From the NCBI RefSeq assembly GCF_009914755.1, contig NC_060927.1: a DNA stretch of 64,000 bases; one strand, 5' to 3'. Below the pieces are notes generated by a model. The model saw only the letters and a program-made list of their open reading frames with translations. It had not been told where the DNA came from and ran no database searches. Both the position numbers and the translations under genes were made by a program. The DNA comes from the human T2T-CHM13v2.0 reference genome, Homo sapiens. The first letter of the stretch is position 1. Each line of letters starts with the position of its first letter. Below, piece after piece: positions 58,501-64,000 of the stretch.

Positions 58501-59339
58501 CATCCTCCCTCCCTCAATCTAAAAGCCTGGCCTCTTCCCTTTCCAAGGGCTCTGGGAGAAAGAGCTGGAGAATTACTCTGGGCTTTGGCAAGACTTCAGA
58601 ATTTTTTTTCTTTTTTCCAGTAGAAGCTCAATAATTCCTGAGATCCAAATTTAGAAGCTTGTACGGAGAGCCCTGAGAAATCAGCCAGACTTTCTTTTTT
58701 CCCCCCTAAGCAATCTAATAAAGCTATTGCACAGTCATTTCCCAAGGTCAGTTTCCAGCTTTTAATAGTTTTAATGAGCTGTTTAAAAGGCTCCTCAACT
58801 TGTGCCCATCCAAGCTTGCACGTGTTATGTGTTTGGGTACAGAGAGGAAAGAAAAGGAAGAAGAGAGGAGGATGAGGAGTAGATAGGAGAGGTGGGATCA
58901 GTTCTGCTAACTGGGACGCAGGCAGGGGACCAACCTAAGGGCCAGCTCCTCTCCAGAATGCCCCAGGGGTGCTAATGGGAGTGAGGTTCTACCCTTGATA
59001 TCAGATCTAAATAACTACAGGGACCTGAAAGGCTGTCCTCACTTCTACCTCGAAGCAGGAACCACAGGTGCCGCCAAACCTGGGACATCTGCAGGGAGAT
59101 GAAGAAGAAGGTATGATAGAGAGACAGGATAAAGACAGTGGGAGAGATGAGACAGACGGGCCTTGAGGGTTTAATGAATAAATGAACTTGTTGACGGAGT
59201 TGAGGAGAAGGAAGGAGAGAAAAGAAAAAGGAGGCAGCATCACAAGTGATACTCCAAACACAACTAGGGCCTGTATATTAGGTGGCTTTGTGCTAATAAC
59301 CACCACCCAAATCATGGTAATGCTGATAACACCCAATCC

Positions 59340-59565
59340 TATTCAGCACTCTCTTACTGTGCACCAGGCTCTATGCTAAGCATGTGGTAGGCCTTCACTC
59401 CTGTGATTCTCACAACTGCCCAGGAAGGTAGGTTCTAGTATTGTTCCCATGACACAGAAGAGGAAAACAAAGGGTCAGCAAGGAAGAGTCATCAGTCCAA
59501 GGTCACCTAGTTAGTAAGGCTAATTTGCATCTAGCAGTCTGACTCCAGAACTCATGACTATAGCC
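59340..59565 (-). mobile_element. MIR
   Basis: ttactgtgcaccaggctctatgctaagc...cccatgacacagaagaggaaaac...ccaaggtcac...gtctgactccaga. Confidence 0.75.
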
Positions 59566-60195
59566 ACGACTATTATTCTGTACATCTCCTCAGGGCAATA
59601 TGAAAACTTCAGAAAAATCCAGATATCTATGTAAAGCAGAAAATAAAAATACCCACAAGCCTACCCCATAGTCACAGACTTGAGCATTTTGGTGTACAGT
59701 GCAGAGACCCCAGGCTGTTTAACAGCAGCCACTCTTCTTCCTTCCACAGAAATAGAGTTATAGTCAGGCTATGAGCATCCAGCTAACCAGCCTTTCCCAG
59801 CCTCCCTGGCAGCTAGGTGTAAACAGGTGATGTGGTTCTTACCTGTGGAACCTGAGAGGAGCCAATATAGATGCTACAGGCCTGGGTCGGGGACAGTGGA
59901 GGTGAGTCCTCTGAACTCTCTTTCCCCTCCTTGCTGGCTGGAATCTGTATGCACCACCACCCAGCTTCAGCCATGCTTGTGATGGAAGGAAAAACTGCGC
60001 CGGGGAGAGGCACCCACCTCCAGGGCCACTCACTTACACTGTTATGTGGGAGAGAAAGGAAAGTCTTTTTTTCCCCAAAGTATTGGTGCATTCTTTTGCT
60101 TCAGTAGCTTTCCCTAACTATTGCAGTATATTTTCTTCTAGTTTTCTTCCCTATGAATATGTGTACAGTCATTTTTCACCCATTACCCCATTAGG

Positions 60196-60590
60196 TGCAA
60201 ATGTTCCTTGACTTAGTATGGGGTTACAGCCGGATAAGCCCATCATAAGTTGAAAATATCATAAATCAAAAATGCATTTACTACACCTAACATATGGAAC
60301 ATCATAGCTTAGCCTAGCCTATGGTAAATGTGCTCAGAACACTGACGTTAGCTTACAGTTGGGCAAAATCATCTCACAACACAGTGCACTGCATAGTGCT
60401 GGTTGTTGACCCTCGTGGTCACGTGGCTGACTGGGAGCTGCCACTTACTGCCACTCTCCTGCATGGAGAGCACTGGACTGCATATTGTTAGCCTGGGAAG
60501 AGATCAAAATTCAAAATTCAAAGTATGGTTTCTATTCACTGCATGTCACTTTTGCACCATCATAAATTTGAAAAATCCTAAGTTGCAGAC
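60196..60590. mobile_element. MER47/Tigger5-like TcMar DNA transposon fossil
   Basis: ccttgacttagtatggggttaca...cccatcataagttgaaaatatc...catagcttagcctagcct...cacttttgcaccatcataa. Confidence 0.82.
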
Positions 60591-61211
60591 GATTTATATT
60601 TGTGCTTTCCCTCATATTTCATGATTATCTTTCAGGATAGGTGAGTCCAGACTCACCATCTAATTCCAGAACAATATCAACTGAAAACGATGATCAAACT
60701 ACAAACCAGCCATTCCATCCCTCTACTTTGATTTGAGAAGATCTTAGATCTCAGGCACTCAGTGGGAAGAACCCAGTTCCCACAGTACCATCAGGTATGT
60801 CTGAGGAAAGATTGTTGAGTAACGCAGCTGTCTCTCTCTATGTCTAGGCCTGACACCTTGCCCTTGTGTCGTCTTGTGATGGGCAAGGCCCAGCCATCCC
60901 AGTTGCCTCGTTTTGAGCCTTCTACACATGTCCTAACTGAGGCCCTGTATTTCTACTTAGAGATTTGGACACTGAGGCTTGAGAGGATCTGGTTTTCTGG
61001 GCCCCACACCTGGTGACAGATCTACATCTGGTCAAAGATGGACTGTGAGGCATGGTGAGGGCCGGAGCTTGTGTTCAATTCCTTCCATTCTAAGACCACT
61101 AAATTTTTAAAAACAGTTTTTAGTTTTTCTTATGTTTATAAAAGTAATATTTGTTCCCTGTATACGAAATCTCAACAAAGCAGTCAGAATAAGCCTTTTA
61201 AAATATGTCGT

Positions 61212-61350
61212 GCCAGGCATGGTGGCTCATGCCTGTAATCCCAGCATTTAGGGAGACAGAGGCAGAAGGATTGCTTGAGCCCAGGTGTTTTTGAGACCAG
61301 CCTGGAGAACATAGCAAGACCTCATCTCCACAAAAAGAAAAAAAAAAGGA
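61212..61350 (+). mobile_element. FLAM_C / Alu monomer
   Basis: gccaggcatggtggctcatgcctgtaatccc...gattgcttgagcccagg...catagcaagacctcatctc plus an A tail. Confidence 0.88.
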
Positions 61351-61359
61351 AGAAAAAAG

Positions 61360-62531
61360 TCAGAAAAAGACAAATAAACCAAGTTTTTAAATGGGCAAGG
61401 GTTTGAATTGACATTTCTTCAAAGAAGACATGGAAATGGCTAGTAAGTATATGAAAAGATGCTCAGCATTATTAGTCATTAGAAAACTGTAAATTTGACC
61501 CTTGTGGTCAAATTCAGTTGAGTTCACAATCCAGACCACTACTTCCCACCCTCTAGGACAGCTGTAATAAAAATGCAGGCAATACAAGCATTGCAGTGGA
61601 GAAACCGGAACCCTCAGACACCTCTAGTGGGAATGTCAAATGGTATAACCATCATGGATAACAGTTTGGCAGTTTCTCAAAATGAATTGAGAACATACAC
61701 CTATACAAAATCTTGTATATAATACTTATAGCAGTATGACTCATAATAGCCCCAAAGTGGAAACAACCCAAATATCCATCAACTGATGAATAGATAAACA
61801 AAATGGGGTACGTCCATACAATGGAATACTATTTAACAATAAAAAGGATGAAGTACTGATATATGTCACAACATAGATGAGCCTTGAGAACACTCTGCTA
61901 AGTGAAAGAAACCAGTCATGAAAGACCATGTATTGTATAATCCAATTTATATAAAATGTCCTGAATAGGCAATTCTATAGAGATGGAAAGCAGATTAGTG
62001 GTTGCCCGGGGACTGGGGTGGGGAAGTGGGGAGTGGCTAAGGGGTGTGTGTACTTTCTGTAGGGGAGGGGGACTAAAACTGTTCTAAAACTAGACTGTGG
62101 AGATGGTTGCACAACACAGTTAATATACTAAAGCCCATTGACTTGTACACTGTATTTTATGTATTTATTTATTTATTTTTGAGACAGGGTCTTGCTCTAT
62201 CACCCAGGCTGGAGTGCTGTGACCCAATCTTGGCTCACCACAACCTCCACCTCCAGGGCTTAAGTGATCCTTCCACCCCAGCCTCCTGAGTAGCTGGGAC
62301 CAAAGGCACATGCCACCACACCTGGCTAATTGTTGTATTTTTTGTAGAGACATTGTTTCGCCATGTTGCCCAGGCTGGTCTCAAACTCCTGACCTCAAGT
62401 CATCCTCCTGCCTTGGCCTCCCAAAGTGCTGGGATTACAGGTGTGAGCCACTGTGCACGGCTGCGTTGTATACTTTAAATGGGTGAATTGTGTGGTAGGT
62501 TAATTATATCTCAATAAAGCTGTTTAAAAAA
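61360..62531 (+). mobile_element. L1MB-type 3' end, interrupted by an Alu
   Basis: aaatgggcaagg...gacatttcttcaaagaagac...tggaaacaacccaaatatccatcaactgatgaat...ttatatctcaataaagctgtttaaaaa. Confidence 0.88.
62152..62462 (-). mobile_element. AluJ
   Basis: Reverse dimer with a (TTTA)n tail. Degenerate TSD ttgtacactgta / ttgtatacttta. Confidence 0.92.
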
Positions 62532-62539
62532 TGGAAGTT

Positions 62540-63112
62540 AAATCCTGTCACTCTTTTGCTCTCAACCCTCCAGTGGCTCCTCGATTTTCTTAGAGTGAGA
62601 CTCAAATCCTCATGATGCTCTACCAGGCCCCAGGCCATCTTGGCATCCAGTTCCATCCCTGACCATATGCACATCTGCCCCAGCCACAATGGCTTCCCCA
62701 CTGTGCCAGAGGTGTGCCAGGCACATTCCATTACTGGGTCTTTGCCCTGTCTGCTCCCACTGCTAGAGAAGCTCCATCCTTAGGCACCCTCCTGCTGGCT
62801 CCCTTCTGCCTGACAAGTCACCTCCTTATGGACCTTCCCCTGCCACTCTATTTAGGATTACAGTCCTGGCTCCACCAGGCATTCCTGACTACATTGCCCC
62901 TGTATTGCTTTACCCACAGCCCTCCTTGCTGCCTGGTATACCATATGATTTACTATTTTATAACATGTATTGTGCAGCTACCTCCAGTAGACATGAATAG
63001 ACATATCTAGAATGTAACCCTATGAGATCCAGGACTTTCTGTCTTCATCACTGCTTTATCTCCTTACTCAGAATAGGGCCTGGCATATAGCACATACTCA
63101 GTAAATATATGC
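62540..63112 (+). mobile_element. L2 3' fragment
   Basis: cctgtcactc...accctccagtggctcc...tagaatgtaacc...gggcctggcatatagcacatactcagtaaatat. Confidence 0.75.
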
Positions 63113-63647
63113 TAAAGACACACAAGATTGAGACTACATGGGGTAAACACTGTTAATTATTCCCAGCTCCCTCCTTCTGTCCTCACTGGCCATAATAGAG
63201 ACTGAAAAACCCAGGCCCTCATTTTCTTAGTTTACCTTCAGCCATAGCCCTTAGGACAGTTCAGGAAAAGGCTGCCAGGGAGTTTCTGGTAAAATGTTTA
63301 CTTCCCTGATGAGGAAAGAAGCCTAGGAGGAGAGAGAACCTCTCTGTTAGTGTCTTGTCTATATCTACCCAGTGCTTCCCACCTTTGAATGCTGATGTCT
63401 TTCCAGGATTTTTTTCTTTTCATGTACACACCATTTGATAAAATTAAAATGGGATTGTCCTCTCTATACACTGTTTGATACCTAGTTTTTTCCACTTAAT
63501 GTGCCATGGACCACTTGACTTATCTGTCCTTCTTAGTCTCCCATGGGGAGTGCTGACTTTGCCAATCTCTATTCATTCATTCTGCACTTGTTTCCTGGGT
63601 ACCTACTGTAATGACAATTGGCAAGACAGATCAAAAACTGTGGTGTA

Positions 63648-63952
63648 GGCTGGGAATGGTGGCTCACACCTGTAATCCCAGCACTTTGGGAGGCCAAGGC
63701 AGGAAGATTGCTTGAGCCCAGGAGGTTGAGATCAGCCTGGGCAACATAGTGAGACCCCATGTCTAAAAAAAAAAATTAGCTGGGTGTGGTGACATGTGCC
63801 TGTAGTCCCAGCTACTCGGGAGGATGTGGTAGGAGGATTGGTTGAGTTCAGGAGGTCGAGGCTGCAGCAAGCCATGATGGTGCCATTGCACTCTAGCCTG
63901 GGTGACAGGGCAAAATGCTGTCTCCAAAAACAAAAAACAAAAAACCAAAAAA
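63648..63952 (+). mobile_element. AluJ
   Basis: ggctgggaatggtggctcacacctgtaatccc...gattgcttgagcccagg...gaggtcgaggctgcag plus an A-rich tail. Confidence 0.94.
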
Positions 63953-64000
63953 ATGATGATGTGTCCTAGGCCCAGGGGGGCTGGGGCAAGGGATGATGGA

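Overview
This is human genomic DNA: it carries a HERV-K(HML-2) LTR5_Hs solo LTR and a near-consensus young AluYg6-lineage element. The window is repeat-dense and non-coding (intergenic or deep intronic). I see no credible protein-coding exon, RNA gene, CpG island or CRISPR array. The ORFs I could interpret come from Alu, LTR, L1 or microsatellite sequence, or are short chance frames. Contents: about 30 Alu elements or fragments, many MaLR/ERV solo LTRs (THE1, MST, MLT1, MLT2, ERV1-type), L1, L2 and MIR remnants, DNA-transposon fossils (Zaphod-like hAT, MER47/Tigger5, MER91-like) and microsatellites. The most notable items are (1) an intact 968-bp LTR5_Hs with a perfect 6-bp TSD and OCT/SOX motifs, (2) a perfect 290-bp Alu-Alu-mediated tandem duplication that creates a chimeric Alu, (3) a very young AluYg6/Yg5b3-like insertion, (4) two AluYe5-like copies 5.4 kb apart, (5) closely spaced inverted Alu pairs and (6) multi-level nested insertions. 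I did not find a new biological system. Repeat subfamily names come from recalled consensus motifs and need Dfam/RepeatMasker confirmation. Boundaries of old elements are approximate.
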